From Verrucomicrobiia bacterium (GTDB taxonomy: Bacteria > Verrucomicrobiota > Verrucomicrobiia > Limisphaerales > UBA11358), in NCBI GenBank assembly GCA_035605035.1, contig DATNHI010000106.1, positions 849 through 64,848 of the forward strand: a stretch of DNA of 64,000 nt. Direction: 5' to 3'. Each line of letters starts with the position of its first letter. Position 1 is the first letter of the stretch. This document shows, in pieces, positions 25,867 through 37,518 of this stretch. The position numbers and the translations under genes are program-made. The notes under the pieces were generated by a model that ran no database searches, had not been told where the DNA came from, and saw nothing but the letters and a program-made list of their open reading frames with translations.

Positions 25867-27357
25867 ATGCCAAGAGTTTCAACGAGAAAAGCCAAAGCTA
25901 AACCGGTCGCGGAAGTTCCCGCGGCAGCACCGCCGGATTTGAATAACGGCGCGGTGGCCACAGAAACCGCCGTCGCCGAACCGTCGGGTTCCGCCGACTT
26001 GCAGCCGCCGTCCACACCGGTCGAACTGGCCGAAGAGCCGAAGGTGGAGGAGCCAAAGGTAGAAGAACGCCGCGGCCCGCAACGCGACAAAATTGTCACG
26101 TCGCTCAACATCGCCAAGCTGCAGGCCATGCAGATGAGCGAGTTGAACCACATGGCGCGCGAGTTGGGGGTGGAAAATTTCGGCACCATGCGCAAGCACG
26201 AGGTCATTTTCCACATCCTCCAGAAAAACGCCGAACGCGCGGGGGTGCTGTTTTCGGAAGGCGTGCTCGAAGTGCTGCCGGAAGGCTTTGGTTTCCTGCG
26301 TTCGCAGAGTTTCAATTACCTGCCCTGTCCGGAAGACATTTACGTTTCGCCATCGCAAATCCGCCGGTTTGACCTGCAAACCGGCAACCTCATCGCCGGC
26401 CAGATCCGGCCGCCCAAGGAAAAGGAAAAATTTTTCGCGCTGCTCAAGGTCGAGGGCGTGGACGGCGAAGACCCGGACAAGGCCAAGGAAAAAACGCATT
26501 TCGACAATCTCACGCCGCTGTTCCCGGACAAGCGGTTTATCCTGGAAACCGTGGCCGAGGAAGTGAACACCCGCGTGCTCGATCTCGTTTGTCCGATTGG
26601 CAAGGGCACGCGCGGTCTCATCGTCGCGCCGCCGCGCACGGGCAAGACCGTGCTCATGCAGAAAATCGCCAACGCCATTCTCAAAAACAACCCGGAGACC
26701 TACCTGTTCATCCTGCTGATTGACGAACGGCCGGAGGAGGTCACCGACATGGAACGCACCTGCCGCGGCGCGGAAGTGATTTCGTCCACGTTCGACGAGC
26801 CGCCGGAACGCCACGTGCAGGTGGCCGAAATGGTCATCGAAAAGGCGCGCCGCATGATCGAACACAGGCGCGACGTGGTGATTCTGCTCGATTCCATCAC
26901 GCGCCTCGCCCGCGCCTACAACACCATCCAGCCGCACTCCGGCAAAATCCTGTCGGGCGGCGTGGACGCCAACGCGCTGCACAAGCCGAAGCGCTTTTTC
27001 GGCGCGGCGCGCAACATCGAGGAAGGCGGTTCGCTCACCATCATCGCCACCGCGCTGGTGGACACCGGCAGCCGCATGGATGAAGTCATTTTTGAAGAGT
27101 TCAAAGGCACGGGCAACATGGAGGTGCATCTCGACCGCGCACTGGTGGACCGCCGCATTTTCCCGTCCATCAACGTCGAGATGTCCGGCACGCGCAAAGA
27201 GGAACTGCTTTATCATCCGGACGAGTTGAGCCGGATTGTGCTGCTGCGCCGCGCGCTCACCGGCGTGCCGCCCGTCGAGGCGATGGAACTGCTGTTGGGC
27301 AAATTGAAAAAGACCAAGAGCAACATCGAATTCCTCCTGAGCATGACGGTGAGCTAG
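25867..27357 (+). CDS. rho: transcription termination factor Rho with an N-terminal low-complexity extension
   Basis: [21 protein letters not shown]...[14 protein letters not shown]...P-loop PPRTGKT...[25 protein letters not shown] at 25867 preferred over ORF track start 25729. Confidence 0.9.
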   Translation: MPRVSTRKAKAKPVAEVPAAAPPDLNNGAVATETAVAEPSGSADLQPPSTPVELAEEPKVEEPKVEERRGPQRDKIVTSLNIAKLQAMQMSELNHMARELGVENFGTMRKHEVIFHILQKNAERAGVLFSEGVLEVLPEGFGFLRSQSFNYLPCPEDIYVSPSQIRRFDLQTGNLIAGQIRPPKEKEKFFALLKVEGVDGEDPDKAKEKTHFDNLTPLFPDKRFILETVAEEVNTRVLDLVCPIGKGTRGLIVAPPRTGKTVLMQKIANAILKNNPETYLFILLIDERPEEVTDMERTCRGAEVISSTFDEPPERHVQVAEMVIEKARRMIEHRRDVVILLDSITRLARAYNTIQPHSGKILSGGVDANALHKPKRFFGAARNIEEGGSLTIIATALVDTGSRMDEVIFEEFKGTGNMEVHLDRALVDRRIFPSINVEMSGTRKEELLYHPDELSRIVLLRRALTGVPPVEAMELLLGKLKKTKSNIEFLLSMTVS

Positions 27358-27399
27358 CAAGCCCGCCTGATTTCCAGGTCAGGCAACACTCCGAGTTTC

Positions 27400-28017
27400 T
27401 CAATTTTGTTTGCGCACCGATTTCCAATCGGTCCGGCCGCGGACTCCATCAATCAACTGTTCGGTGGTCCAAAGCTGAATGGGGCCAATGTTGGCATAAT
27501 TGGTAACGCTCTTCCGATTTTTGCCCGCCGCAACGGTAATCATGCAGGCGCTGTATTCCAGCGGATTGGCGCGATACGTGTCCTGGAAATTTTTGAAGCC
27601 ACCCGTGTCCAGCGCATAGCAAAGGCGCGCAAAAGTCGGCAAATCAATCAGCCCGACGGCCTGTGATTTTTTGGGCTGGAACACGTCCAATTCGGCCTCG
27701 CCGGAGCGATGAAAGGTCACGCGATAAATCGGGCTGGCATCGGCATTGGTCGTGCGCGCCAGGGAAATGCTGTCATAGGGCAGGCCAGCCCGGAACGCGG
27801 CCAGCCGGTCGGCGGGAAGGTTTCCCAGGTACAGTGGTTTATAGACCTCGGGCACATTGGTTACGGCCTCCGGCGCGAAGAAAACCATCGGCTTCTGGGT
27901 GTCCGTGTTTACTTTTCGAGAACAGGCGCCCAGCAACACCGCCATCACACAAAAAACGCCGACCAAACCGATTCGTGCGGGATTCACTTTAAGCATGTAA
28001 TGGTCATTTCCTTTCAA
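27400..28017 (-). CDS. hypothetical lipoprotein
   Basis: Lipobox VMAVLLGAC after a hydrophobic leader. No family recognised. Confidence 0.55.
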   Translation of the reverse strand: MKGNDHYMLKVNPARIGLVGVFCVMAVLLGACSRKVNTDTQKPMVFFAPEAVTNVPEVYKPLYLGNLPADRLAAFRAGLPYDSISLARTTNADASPIYRVTFHRSGEAELDVFQPKKSQAVGLIDLPTFARLCYALDTGGFKNFQDTYRANPLEYSACMITVAAGKNRKSVTNYANIGPIQLWTTEQLIDGVRGRTDWKSVRKQN

Positions 28018-28137
28018 TGTGACCTTTGCTAGAGCAGAATTATTGCCAATCGTTCCGGCTTATCGGCGAGGCGGGACAAGTGACCAAGGCCGGTCAAATG
28101 CTTCAAAAACCCAATAAACAAGGCTGTTTGATTGCAC

Positions 28138-28166
28138 TTGACGGTTTAAGGCCAAAAACCTATTAT
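28138..28166 (+). promoter_or_regulatory. sigma-70-like promoter candidate for the nusA operon
   Basis: ttgacg, 17-nt spacer, tattat. Confidence 0.45.
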
Positions 28167-28211
28167 ATTCATTCAAGAACGGTAAAATTTGCTGGTTTGA
28201 CCAGCGCGCCA

Positions 28212-28243
28212 AAGTCGGAAGATGTCTATCTCCGACTTTTTTG
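28212..28243 (+). terminator. intrinsic-terminator-like hairpin in the nusA leader (possible attenuator)
   Basis: aagtcgga(a)ga-tgtcta-tctccgactt followed by tttttt, between the promoter candidate and the nusA start. Confidence 0.5.
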
Positions 28244-28272
28244 TTCCCCCGAGCGGGGATGCCGTCGAGCGT

Positions 28273-29577
28273 ATGAATGCGGAATTTTTGACAGTGCTGG
28301 AGTTTTGGGAGCGCGAAAAGGGCATCAATCGTGATGTCCTCGTCGGTGCCGTCCAGGAGGCTTTGCTGTCCGCCGCCAAAAAGGCCGTCGGCCCGGCGCG
28401 CGAATTACGCGTGGAGATTGACCAGAAGAGCGGAGATATCCGGGCGTTCGCCAAACTCATCGTCTCCGACCGGGTCATTTCCAAGCACGACCAGATTTCG
28501 GTTTTTGACGCGCGCCGCCTCAAACCCGGCGCCCAGATTGGCGACGAAATCGAAAAGGAAGTCACGCCGACCGGTTTCGGGCGCATCGCCACGCAGTACG
28601 CCAAGCAGGCGCTCATGCAGAAAATCCGGCAGGCGGAAAAGGCGCTCATTTTCACCGAATTCAAGGACCGCGTCGGCGACATCGTCAGCGGTTCCGTGCG
28701 GCGGTTTGAACGTTCGGACGTGATCCTGGATTTGGGCAAATACGAGGCACTGCTGCCGAACCGCGAGCGCGTGCCCACCGAGGAATATCAGGTCGGGGAG
28801 CGCATCCGCTGCTACGTCAAGGCGGTCGAACAAGGCCCGCACGGTCCCGAAATTATTTTGTCCCGCGCCGACCCGCGCTTCGTCATCAAACTCTTTCAGC
28901 TTGAAGTTTCGGAAATCAATGATGGCACGATTGAAATCAAAGGGGTCGCCCGGGAACCGGGTTTCCGCACCAAAATGGCGGTTTATTCGCGCGACAGCAA
29001 GGTGGACCCCGTCGGCGCGTGTGTCGGCATGCGCGGCCAGCGTGTCAAAAACATCGTCCGCGAACTCAACAACGAAAAGGTGGACGTGATTCCGTGGTCG
29101 CCGGATGTCCGGACGTTCATCACCAACGCGCTCGCGCCGGCCAAGCTCAAGAGCTTTGAGGTGGATGAAGCCGGCAAGCGCGTCAGAATCCTGGTGGCGG
29201 AAGACCAATTATCGCTGGCCATCGGCAAGCGCGGGCAGAACGCGCGCCTGACGGCCAAGTTGACCGGTTGGGAGGTGGACATTGACGCCGAACAGGTCGT
29301 CACGAAGGGCTTCGAGGAAAAGGTCGCCGAGGCCGTCGAGTCGCTCGCGGCCATTCCGGGGATTTCGCGGGAGCAGGCCGATGCGCTGGTGCATGCCGGG
29401 CTGACGCGGCTGGAGGATTTGTTGTCGGCGGATGAAGGCGATTTGAGCAGCATCCCGCAGATTGGCGAACAGGCGGCGGAAATTTTGAAGGCGGCGCGGG
29501 CGGAAGCCGAGCGCCATACGTTGAAAGTCGGCGAGCCGCCAGCGAATCCCGACCTGCATGCCGGGGTGAACAGTTAA
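28273..29577 (+). CDS. nusA: transcription termination/antitermination factor NusA
   Basis: MNAEFLTVLEFWEREKGINRDVL...S1 and KH regions...GMRGQRVKNIVREL...LAIGKRGQNARL. ORF track start 28222 overlaps the leader hairpin. Confidence 0.9.
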   Translation: MNAEFLTVLEFWEREKGINRDVLVGAVQEALLSAAKKAVGPARELRVEIDQKSGDIRAFAKLIVSDRVISKHDQISVFDARRLKPGAQIGDEIEKEVTPTGFGRIATQYAKQALMQKIRQAEKALIFTEFKDRVGDIVSGSVRRFERSDVILDLGKYEALLPNRERVPTEEYQVGERIRCYVKAVEQGPHGPEIILSRADPRFVIKLFQLEVSEINDGTIEIKGVAREPGFRTKMAVYSRDSKVDPVGACVGMRGQRVKNIVRELNNEKVDVIPWSPDVRTFITNALAPAKLKSFEVDEAGKRVRILVAEDQLSLAIGKRGQNARLTAKLTGWEVDIDAEQVVTKGFEEKVAEAVESLAAIPGISREQADALVHAGLTRLEDLLSADEGDLSSIPQIGEQAAEILKAARAEAERHTLKVGEPPANPDLHAGVNS

Positions 29578-29666
29578 GATTTATGACGCAGACCGAAACA
29601 GCGTTGGGAAACGCGCGTTAGCCATGACGGCCTTTCGCACATTCCGGTCGGCGGCGGTGAAAATTT

Positions 29667-32015
29667 ATGCCCGTTCGAATTTACGACATTTCGAAAAAGC
29701 TCGGCCTCGAGAACAAGGAAATCCTCGCGCAGGCCAAGGCGATGGGCATTGCCGCTGCCAAAGTCCCCTCCAGCTCGCTGGATAAAATCACCGCCGAATG
29801 GCTTGAGGAAGAGCTGGTAAAAAGCCATCCGGAAATCGCCGCCCGACTCGCGCCCAAGCCCGCACCTGAACCGCCCAAGCCGCCGCCGGTTGAGGAAAAA
29901 ATCATCGTCATCACGGCACCGCCGCCCGAACCGCCCCCGCCGGAAATCAAGCCTGAACCGCCCCCGGTCATCGAAGCGCCCAAGCCGCCACCACCACCGC
30001 CCAAGCCCGCCGGCCCCAGAATAGGCGACAAAGTCGGATTCATTCAGTTGCCGCACAAGCCGGCGCCGAGAGTCAGCGAGAAAGCCGGCCCGGCCAAATC
30101 GGCACCCAAACCGGCCGCGCCCGGCAGATCAAGCGGCAGGCCCGCCGCGCCAGCGCCGCATAAAGAGGATCGCAAAGCACCGGCGGCTCCGGCCCCGCAG
30201 CCGAAGTTTGTCGCCCCGGCGAGCGCCGAGGTCATCGTCATCAAACCGCCGATTGTCGTCCGCGAACTGGCCGCGCAGCTCAAACAAAAGCCGTTCAAGA
30301 TTATTGCTGATTTGATGGAACTGGGCGTCTTCGCCAACGTGAACCAGGCGATTGACGAAAAAATCGCCCAGCAGCTTTGCGCCAAATACGGTTTCCGGTT
30401 TGAAGTGGAAAAACGCGAGCGCGGGGGCGGAGTCGTCCATGCGCCGATCAAGAAAGTGGAACTCGATGTGGAGGACAGACCGGAGCAACTCAAACCGCGC
30501 GCGCCGGTTGTCACCATCATGGGCCACGTTGACCATGGCAAAACGACGCTGCTCGACGTCATCCGCCAATCGAACGTCGCCGCCGGCGAGGCGGGCGGCA
30601 TTACGCAGCACATTGGCGCCTACACCATTTCCGTGCCCCACCCGGAACGGAAAAAGGAGCTGGCGCAAATCACCTTCCTCGACACGCCCGGCCACGCGGC
30701 GTTCAGCTCGATGCGCGCCCGCGGCGCAAACGTCACGGACCTGGTGGTGCTCGTGGTGGCGGCCAACGACGGCGTGATGCCGCAGACGATCGAGGCGTTG
30801 AACCACGCCCGGGCCGCCAAAGTCCCGATTCTGGTCGCCGTCAACAAGTGCGACCACCCGAATGCGAACCCGATGAAGGTGCGCCAGCAATTGCAGGACA
30901 AGGGACTGGTGCCGGACGATTGGGGTGGTGACACGATTTTCGTGGACGTTTCCGCGCTCACCAAACAGGGCGTGGACAAGTTGCTGGAGATGATTTTGCT
31001 TCAGGCCGAGTTGCTCGAACTGAAGGCGAATCCCGACCGCCGCGCCAAGGGCAACATCATCGAATCCGGTGTCGAGCCGGGTGGCCCGACGGCGACCGTG
31101 CTCGTGCGCAAGGGCACGCTGCGGCTGGGCGACATTATTTTGTGCGGCGAGTTTTATGGCCGCGTCCGCGCCCTCATCAACGAGGAGGGTAATCGCCTCA
31201 AGGAAGCCGGTCCGTCAGTAGCGGTGAAGGTGCTTGGCTTAAACGGTGTGCCGGAAGCGGGCCTGGAGTTCAGCGTGGTTGAGGACGAAAAAGCCGCGCG
31301 CGACGCCGCCGAACAACGCGCCCAGGAAATCAAAACCCAGGATCTGGAGAATCGCTCAAAGGTCACGCTGGAAAACCTGTTCGCTTCGCTGGCGGCGGCG
31401 CAAAGCAAGGTGCTCAAGGTCGTCGTCAAAGCCGACGCGCAAGGCTCGGTGGAGGCCATCGTCGAGGCGCTCAGGAAAATTGAGGCGGAAAAAGTCTCGC
31501 TCGAAATCATTCACAGCGATGTCGGCACCATCACCGAAAACGACGTGGCCCTGGCATCCGCGTCCGATGCCGTCATTCTCGGCTTTCACGCGCGGTTGGA
31601 CAACACCGCCGCCGAAAAGGCGAAGCATGAAGGCGTGCAAATCAAACTGTACGCGATCATTTATGAATTGATTGACCAGGTGAAAGAGGCGATGGCCGGG
31701 CTGCTCGAACCGGTCGTCAAGGAAAACGTCATCGGCTCGGCGGAAGTACGGCAGATTTTCGAATTGTCCAAGGGCACACCGGTTGCCGGTTGCATGGTGG
31801 CCAGCGGCCGCATCGTCAAAGGCAAGGTGCGTGTGCGCCGGCGCAAGGACGTCATCTACGAAGGCATCGCGCAATCGCTGCGCCGGTTTCAGGACGAAGT
31901 CAACGAAGTCCGCGCGGGCATGGAATGCGGCATCCGCATTGAAGGCTACAGCGAATTTCAGGTCGGCGACGTGATCGAGTGTTACACGATTGAAAAAGTG
32001 GCGGCAAAACTATGA
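29667..32015 (+). CDS. infB: translation initiation factor IF-2
   Basis: Pro-rich N-terminus. G domain [17 protein letters not shown]...DTPGHAAF...NKCD. Confidence 0.95.
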   Translation: MPVRIYDISKKLGLENKEILAQAKAMGIAAAKVPSSSLDKITAEWLEEELVKSHPEIAARLAPKPAPEPPKPPPVEEKIIVITAPPPEPPPPEIKPEPPPVIEAPKPPPPPPKPAGPRIGDKVGFIQLPHKPAPRVSEKAGPAKSAPKPAAPGRSSGRPAAPAPHKEDRKAPAAPAPQPKFVAPASAEVIVIKPPIVVRELAAQLKQKPFKIIADLMELGVFANVNQAIDEKIAQQLCAKYGFRFEVEKRERGGGVVHAPIKKVELDVEDRPEQLKPRAPVVTIMGHVDHGKTTLLDVIRQSNVAAGEAGGITQHIGAYTISVPHPERKKELAQITFLDTPGHAAFSSMRARGANVTDLVVLVVAANDGVMPQTIEALNHARAAKVPILVAVNKCDHPNANPMKVRQQLQDKGLVPDDWGGDTIFVDVSALTKQGVDKLLEMILLQAELLELKANPDRRAKGNIIESGVEPGGPTATVLVRKGTLRLGDIILCGEFYGRVRALINEEGNRLKEAGPSVAVKVLGLNGVPEAGLEFSVVEDEKAARDAAEQRAQEIKTQDLENRSKVTLENLFASLAAAQSKVLKVVVKADAQGSVEAIVEALRKIEAEKVSLEIIHSDVGTITENDVALASASDAVILGFHARLDNTAAEKAKHEGVQIKLYAIIYELIDQVKEAMAGLLEPVVKENVIGSAEVRQIFELSKGTPVAGCMVASGRIVKGKVRVRRRKDVIYEGIAQSLRRFQDEVNEVRAGMECGIRIEGYSEFQVGDVIECYTIEKVAAKL

Positions 32016-32019
32016 AATC

Positions 32020-32111
32020 AGGCTCCAGGTTCTTGGGTCGGGTTTCTGGGGAAAGGCAGGATGTTAAGCCCGGCCCCCGGACGCCAGACGCCGGCCCCTA
32101 GACCCCGACTC
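32020..32111. repeat. heptad-periodic inverted repeat in the infB-rbfA spacer
   Basis: ggctccaggttcttgggtcgggtttctgggg ... ccccggacgccagacgccggcccctagaccccgactc. Confidence 0.75.
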
Positions 32112-32113
32112 TC

Positions 32114-32479
32114 ATGCCATCCCTTCGACTCCAACGGGTACGCGAACTTTTGAAGCGCGAAATCGGCGAGGCCATCCGGCGTGAACTCCACGTCAGCGAA
32201 TGTGGGCTGATTTCAGTCAATGACGTGGACGTGGCGGGCGATCTCAAGTCCGCCACCGTCTTCATCAGCATCCTCGGCAATCCCGACCAGCAGAAGCGCG
32301 GTTTTCAGATGCTCAACAACCATCGGATCCGCATCCAGGGGCTGGTTGCCCGCGCCATCGTCCTGAAATACACCCCGAAGCTGAAATTCGCCTTTGACGA
32401 TTCCATCGTGCGCGGAAATCGCGTGCTCCAAATCATCGAGGAACTGGAAAAAACCGCGCCGGGCGGCGATACTGACTGA
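32114..32479 (+). CDS. rbfA: ribosome-binding factor A
   Basis: RLQRVRELLKREIGEAIRREL...VDVAGDLKSATVFISILG. Confidence 0.9.
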   Translation: MPSLRLQRVRELLKREIGEAIRRELHVSECGLISVNDVDVAGDLKSATVFISILGNPDQQKRGFQMLNNHRIRIQGLVARAIVLKYTPKLKFAFDDSIVRGNRVLQIIEELEKTAPGGDTD

Positions 32480-32482
32480 GTT

Positions 32483-33466
32483 GTGAAGAGTTATCCGAAA
32501 ATCATTGACCGCATCCTCGACGCCCTCCGCGGGAGCAAATTTTTTTGCGTCGCCGGTCATATCCGGCCCGACGGCGACTGCGTCGGTTCCCAACTCGGGC
32601 TGGCGCTGGCGCTGCAAAACGAGGGCAAAAAGGTCGTTTGCTGGAACGAGGATCCCGTCCCGCAAAAATATAAATTTCTCGATGCTCACGGGTTGTTCCA
32701 GCAACCGAAGCGCGGCTTGAAATTTGACTGTGTCATTGCCACGGACTGCGCCAGCTTTGAACGGCTGGGCCGGGTCACCCGGTGCATTGCGCAGCGGAAA
32801 ATGTTCATCAACATTGACCATCACGAAAGCAACACGCGTTATGCCGACGTGAACTGGGTGTCCGCGCGCGAGCCGTCCTGTGGCGAACTGATTTATCGCC
32901 TGCTCAAAGTCGCGCGCTGGCCGATCACCAAACCGATTGCCGACTGCCTGTTCACCGCTGTCTCGACGGACACCGGCTCGTTTCAATACTCGACCACGCG
33001 GCCCGGCACGTTCCATGCCGGCGCGGAACTCGTCACGCGCGGAGCAAACCTCGCGAAAATCTGCGACGAAGTTTACCAATCCTATCCGCTCTCGCGGGTC
33101 CGGCTCTTGAAACACATTTACAGCCGGTTCCGGCTGACGCATCATGACCAGATTGCGTATTTCTGGCTGAAGAAGGCGGATTTCGCCCGCGCAGGTTCCG
33201 ACGACGATGAGACCGAAGGTTTGATAGACCACATCCGTGCGATCGCGCCGGTCGTCATCGCGTGCGTGTTCGAGGAAATTGAGCCGGAACTCACGCGTAT
33301 CAGCCTGCGCTCGAAGAGCGACAAGGTGAACGTGAATGAAATCGCCGCGCAATTCGGCGGTGGCGGCCACCCGGCGGCGGCGGGTGCGCGCATTCCGGGC
33401 AAGCCGCTTTCGGTGCAACGCAAGGTGATTGCCGCCGTCAAGCGCGCGCTGAATTCGGCGAAATAA
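32483..33466 (+). CDS. nrnA: DHH-family phosphoesterase (NrnA-like oligoribonuclease/pAp phosphatase)
   Basis: GHIRPDGDCVGS...NIDHHESN...GGGGHPAAAGA. GTG start. Confidence 0.8.
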   Translation: MKSYPKIIDRILDALRGSKFFCVAGHIRPDGDCVGSQLGLALALQNEGKKVVCWNEDPVPQKYKFLDAHGLFQQPKRGLKFDCVIATDCASFERLGRVTRCIAQRKMFINIDHHESNTRYADVNWVSAREPSCGELIYRLLKVARWPITKPIADCLFTAVSTDTGSFQYSTTRPGTFHAGAELVTRGANLAKICDEVYQSYPLSRVRLLKHIYSRFRLTHHDQIAYFWLKKADFARAGSDDDETEGLIDHIRAIAPVVIACVFEEIEPELTRISLRSKSDKVNVNEIAAQFGGGGHPAAAGARIPGKPLSVQRKVIAAVKRALNSAK

Positions 33467-33471
33467 TTTTC

Positions 33472-34185
33472 ATGCAAGAATTTTCCCCGCTCGACGGCGC
33501 CATCCTCATAGACAAGCCTGCCGGCCCGACCTCGCACGACGTGGTGGACGCCATCCGCCGCAAGTTCAGCATCAAAAAAGTCGGCCATTGCGGCACGCTT
33601 GACCCGAACGCCACCGGTTTGCTCATCATCGTGCTTGGGCGCGGGACGAAGCTTTCGGAAAAACTGATGGGCGACGACAAGGTTTATGAAGGCGTCATCC
33701 AATTCGGCGTGGCCACCGACAGCTACGATGCCGACGGCGAAATCATCGAAACAAAACCGGTTCCGCCGCTGACCGCGGAGCAGTTGAATGAAGCTGCTGC
33801 CGTGTTTATCGGCGACTTGATGCAAACGCCACCGATGGTTTCAGCCATCAAAAAAGACGGCGTGCCGCTCTACAAACTGGCGCGCCAGGGCATCGAGGTC
33901 GCACGCGAACCGCGGCTGGTTCACATTTACAATTTTCGTTTCAGGAATTACGAGCCGCCGCTCGGCCAATTTCGCATTGCCTGCACCAAAGGCACTTACG
34001 TCCGCAGTATCGCGCACGAACTCGGCCAGAAACTCGGCTGCGGCGCGCACCTGGCCGCGTTGCGGCGGGTGACTTCGGGAAAATTTGACGTGGCCGACGC
34101 AACGAGGCTGGATGACGTTCTCAAATTGACGGCCACCGAATTGGAGAAAAAGGTGATTCCGTTTCTGAAATTGGCAGCGACATGA
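33472..34185 (+). CDS. truB: tRNA pseudouridine(55) synthase
   Basis: ILIDKPAGPTSHDVV...GHCGTLDPNATGLL. Confidence 0.9.
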   Translation: MQEFSPLDGAILIDKPAGPTSHDVVDAIRRKFSIKKVGHCGTLDPNATGLLIIVLGRGTKLSEKLMGDDKVYEGVIQFGVATDSYDADGEIIETKPVPPLTAEQLNEAAAVFIGDLMQTPPMVSAIKKDGVPLYKLARQGIEVAREPRLVHIYNFRFRNYEPPLGQFRIACTKGTYVRSIAHELGQKLGCGAHLAALRRVTSGKFDVADATRLDDVLKLTATELEKKVIPFLKLAAT

Positions 34186-34322
34186 AAGCTCCAAGCACCA
34201 AGCGCCAATCTCCAGAGAAGCGCCAAATTCCGAACTCCAGGAAGTCTGACGGCAACGAGCGCGTTGTTTGGAATTTGAAGTTTGGAATTTCTCTGGTGCT
34301 TGGTGCTTGAATGTTGGAGCTT
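34186..34322. repeat. heptad-periodic inverted repeat in the truB-ribF spacer
   Basis: agctccaagcaccaagcgccaatctccagagaa ... ttctctggtgcttggtgcttgaatgttggagct, followed by a T-run. Confidence 0.8.
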
Positions 34323-34330
34323 CTTTTTTT

Positions 34331-35254
34331 GTGAAAATCATCCATGCCGCAAACGAGTTGAAACCGGGCAATCGCAAAGTCTGTCTGGCCATCGGTTTTT
34401 TTGACGGCGTGCATCTCGGCCACCAGCAAATCATCCGGCAAACCATCGCCGATGCGCGCCAGCATGACGCCCCGGCGCTGGTGCTCACCTTCGACCGGCA
34501 TCCGAACTCCGTCGTTGCGCCCGCTCACGTGCCGCCGCTGATTTACCCGCTGCCGCAAAAACTGCGCGCGATTGAATCGCTCGGGGCGGACACGTTGCTG
34601 TTGATTCATTTTGACGAAGAGTTCAGCCGGCAAACCGGCGAGGAATTCATCCGCCGGCTGGCGCGCGATTTAGGACAAATTCAAAGCCTGTGCGTCGGCC
34701 TGGATTTTGTATTCGGGCACCGGCGCAGCGGCGACGTCGCGCTGTTGAAAAGACTTGGAGGCGAAACCGGTTTTACCGTTCATGCGTTGGCGGCGGTTTC
34801 ACTTGGCGGCCGGATTGTCAGCAGCACGCGCATTCGCGAGGCGATTCGCGCCGGCAAACTGGACGCCGCGAGCCAGATGCTCGGACGGCCTTACGCCATT
34901 TCCGGCCGGGTCGTGGAAGGCGACCACGTGGGCCGGCCACTGGGGTTTCCCACCGCGAATCTTGACGTGGCCGGTTTGATTCTGCCGCCCAACGGGGTTT
35001 ACGCCGGCCGGACGAAAGTGAAGGAAAAATACCACCGCGTTGCGCTCAACCTTGGTTTGCGACCGACGATGGCATCGGCGGCGCAGCCGCTGCGCGTGGA
35101 GGCGCACCTGCTGGATTTCGGCGGCGACCTTTACGGCGAGGAACTGACGGTCGAAATCGGCGGCAAATTGCGCGAGGAGAGGAAGTTTGCTTCACCGACG
35201 GAATTGCAGCGGCAGATTAGCCGCGATATTGCCGCCGTGCGCGCTTTGGATTGA
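34331..35254 (+). CDS. ribF: bifunctional riboflavin kinase / FMN adenylyltransferase
   Basis: VKIIHAANEL...LAIGFFDGVHLGHQ...GFPTANL. GTG at 34331 preferred; ORF track TTG at 34268 reads out of the repeat. Confidence 0.85.
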   Translation: MKIIHAANELKPGNRKVCLAIGFFDGVHLGHQQIIRQTIADARQHDAPALVLTFDRHPNSVVAPAHVPPLIYPLPQKLRAIESLGADTLLLIHFDEEFSRQTGEEFIRRLARDLGQIQSLCVGLDFVFGHRRSGDVALLKRLGGETGFTVHALAAVSLGGRIVSSTRIREAIRAGKLDAASQMLGRPYAISGRVVEGDHVGRPLGFPTANLDVAGLILPPNGVYAGRTKVKEKYHRVALNLGLRPTMASAAQPLRVEAHLLDFGGDLYGEELTVEIGGKLREERKFASPTELQRQISRDIAAVRALD

Positions 35255-35528
35255 TTAGGTTTAATGCAACCACTTTTACGGTAGCAACTTATATGCCAAG
35301 CAGAACGGCCTCGTCCTGATTTGAGTTTTTTCCGTCCATACGATTGTTCTTGAGTTTTCCGCAAATGCGGTTAGCATGGCGGGGTGTCAGTCTTCCGGTA
35401 TTCTGGCGTTCGCAGTCCCTGAAGTTCAACGGACCGATGAACAATTGTGCAGAACCGACGACGACCGGTCGTGAAGCAGAATCACCCTGTTTCACTGAAC
35501 TAAAACGGATTTTTCAGGTCTGATATTT

Positions 35529-37418
35529 ATGTCGCATCGAAAAAATACGCCGTCAGCCGGCGCCCCGCGCAAGCATAAGCATGGCGGCGGGCGCGGCGCA
35601 GGAACCAAACCGGTCCCGGCGCGGCGACGTTTTGTGATTTCCATTGCCAGGCGGGGACCGTCCAAACCGCTGGACACCAACGGAAAAGCCAAGCCGCACG
35701 CGGCCAATCTCTCTGCGGCCGGCACGCAAAAATTGCCGCCCGGCGGTCATGCCCCCGCGCCCATGGTTTCTTCCGTGGATTTGACGGAGACGGTCAAAAC
35801 GCTGCTCCACCTCGCCCAGGAGCACGGCTACATCACTTACGACGACATCAATGACGTTCTGCCGGACAACCTCAGTCCGGAGGATTTGGACGCGTTGCTG
35901 ACCAAATTGCGCAGTCTCGACGTGGAAATCGTCATGGACCAGGCCGAGGCCGAACGCACCCGGCAGCCCGAACCCGCGCAGCAGGAGGAAGCGGACGAGG
36001 ATGCGCGTCTCGAAATCCTCGATGACCCGGTCCGCATGTACATGAACCAGATGGGCAAAGTCCCGCTGCTCACGCGCGAACAGGAAGTCGAAATTTGCAA
36101 GCGGATCGAAGAGGCCGAGATCGAGATGAAGCGCATCGTTTACAGCCTCGGCTTCACCGCGAAGGAACACATCGCCATCGCGGAAAAACTGCTGTCCGAG
36201 CCGCCGAAGGAGCGGTTCGACCGGGTGATTGTGGACAAGAAAATTGCCAATCGCGAAGGCCATTTGCGCGATTTGCGCAAGCTCATCAAGAAAGTCCATG
36301 CGCTCGACCAAAAGGTGGACGCGAAGTATTTTGCCTGGCAGAAGGCCCTCCAGAAGGGCCGCAAGGAAAAGCTGCAGCGCGAGTTGAAGAAACTCGGCCT
36401 CAAGCTGCAGGAGATGTTTCCCCGTTTTTTCTACAAACAAAAGGTCGTCGAGGAAATGATCATCGTGGCGGGCAACGTCCATGAGAAATTTCAGGCGAGC
36501 CTGCGGCACATCCAGGAACTGGAAGCGTTGCGCACCACCACTGAGCGGCGGGCGGCGCTGGAAGCCGAGCGCGCCAAAATCCAGGTGCTCGAACAGTTCG
36601 TGCGGATGCCGCGCGAGGAATTTTTCAAGGTGTTCAGCGAATTGAAAGGCGCCGCCGACCGCGGGCTGAAGGCCAAGACGCACATGGCCGAGGCCAACCT
36701 GCGGCTCGTCGTGTCCGTCGCCAAAAAATACACCAACCGGGGCCAGTCGTTCCTGGATTTGATCCAGGAAGGCAACATCGGGTTGATGAAAGGCGTCGAG
36801 AAATTTGAATATCGCCGCGGCTACAAGTTTTCCACCTACGCCATCTGGTGGATTCGCCAGGCCATCACGCGCTCCATTGCCGACCAGGCCCGCACCATTC
36901 GCATCCCGGTGCACATGATTGAAATCATGAACAAGCTCTGGCGCGCGCAGAAGCAGCTCACCCAGGAACTGGGGCGCGAACCGACGCCGGAGGAGATTGC
37001 CGATGAAATGCACATGCCGGTCGCGCGCATCCACGCGCTGCTCAAGATGGCGCAACAGCCGGTGTCCCTGCACGCGCCGGTCGGCGATGACGGCGATGTG
37101 AGCGTGGGCGATTTCATCGAAGACAAGACCGCTGAGAATCCGTCCGAAGTCACCAGCTACAGCCTGCTCCGGGAAAAACTGAGCGACGTGCTGACGACGT
37201 TGACCGAGCGCGAACGCAAAATTCTCGAAATGCGTTTCGGCCTGCTCGACGGCTACGAGCGCACGCTCGAGGAAATCGGCAAGATGTACAACGTCACGCG
37301 GGAACGCATCCGCCAGATTGAAGCCAAGGCGCTGCGCAAGCTGCGGCACCCGACGCGCGTCCGCCATCTCCAGGGATTCCTCGACACGCCGGAGCCCGAA
37401 GTGAGCACGACAGCGTAG
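35529..37418 (+). CDS. rpoD: primary RNA polymerase sigma factor RpoD
   Basis: [21 protein letters not shown]...[58 protein letters not shown]...[30 protein letters not shown]. Start uncertain (basic N-terminal extension; MVSSVD is an alternative). Confidence 0.9.
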   Translation: MSHRKNTPSAGAPRKHKHGGGRGAGTKPVPARRRFVISIARRGPSKPLDTNGKAKPHAANLSAAGTQKLPPGGHAPAPMVSSVDLTETVKTLLHLAQEHGYITYDDINDVLPDNLSPEDLDALLTKLRSLDVEIVMDQAEAERTRQPEPAQQEEADEDARLEILDDPVRMYMNQMGKVPLLTREQEVEICKRIEEAEIEMKRIVYSLGFTAKEHIAIAEKLLSEPPKERFDRVIVDKKIANREGHLRDLRKLIKKVHALDQKVDAKYFAWQKALQKGRKEKLQRELKKLGLKLQEMFPRFFYKQKVVEEMIIVAGNVHEKFQASLRHIQELEALRTTTERRAALEAERAKIQVLEQFVRMPREEFFKVFSELKGAADRGLKAKTHMAEANLRLVVSVAKKYTNRGQSFLDLIQEGNIGLMKGVEKFEYRRGYKFSTYAIWWIRQAITRSIADQARTIRIPVHMIEIMNKLWRAQKQLTQELGREPTPEEIADEMHMPVARIHALLKMAQQPVSLHAPVGDDGDVSVGDFIEDKTAENPSEVTSYSLLREKLSDVLTTLTERERKILEMRFGLLDGYERTLEEIGKMYNVTRERIRQIEAKALRKLRHPTRVRHLQGFLDTPEPEVSTTA

Positions 37419-37419
37419 T

Positions 37420-37516
37420 CATTTACGATTTACGATTTTTGATTTACGATTTGCCGGTGCGCGCAAGTTGGCAAGGAGCGCGTAAATCGTAAATCGTGAA
37501 TCGTATATCGTAAATC
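37420..37516. repeat. heptad-periodic inverted repeat (atttacg units) downstream of rpoD, probable terminator-like structure
   Basis: atttacgatttacgatttttgatttacgattt ... gcgtaaatcgtaaatcgtgaatcgtatatcgtaaat. Confidence 0.8.
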
Positions 37517-37518
37517 CA

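Noticed and set aside
28018-28060. Possible ghost of the rho 3' end beyond the lipoprotein gene (tgacctttgctag versus tgacggtgagctag).
   Set aside because: The similarity is too short and gapped, and the codon-wise alignment is poor. It is not counted among the ghost ends.
35255-35528. AT-richer 274-nt spacer between ribF and rpoD, examined for tRNA, SRP RNA, 6S RNA or an rpsO gene.
   Set aside because: No T-loop or anticodon architecture was found, and no SRP helix-8 motif (only a gaccggtc palindrome plus GAAGCAG, which does not fit). There is no convincing ORF. It is left unannotated.
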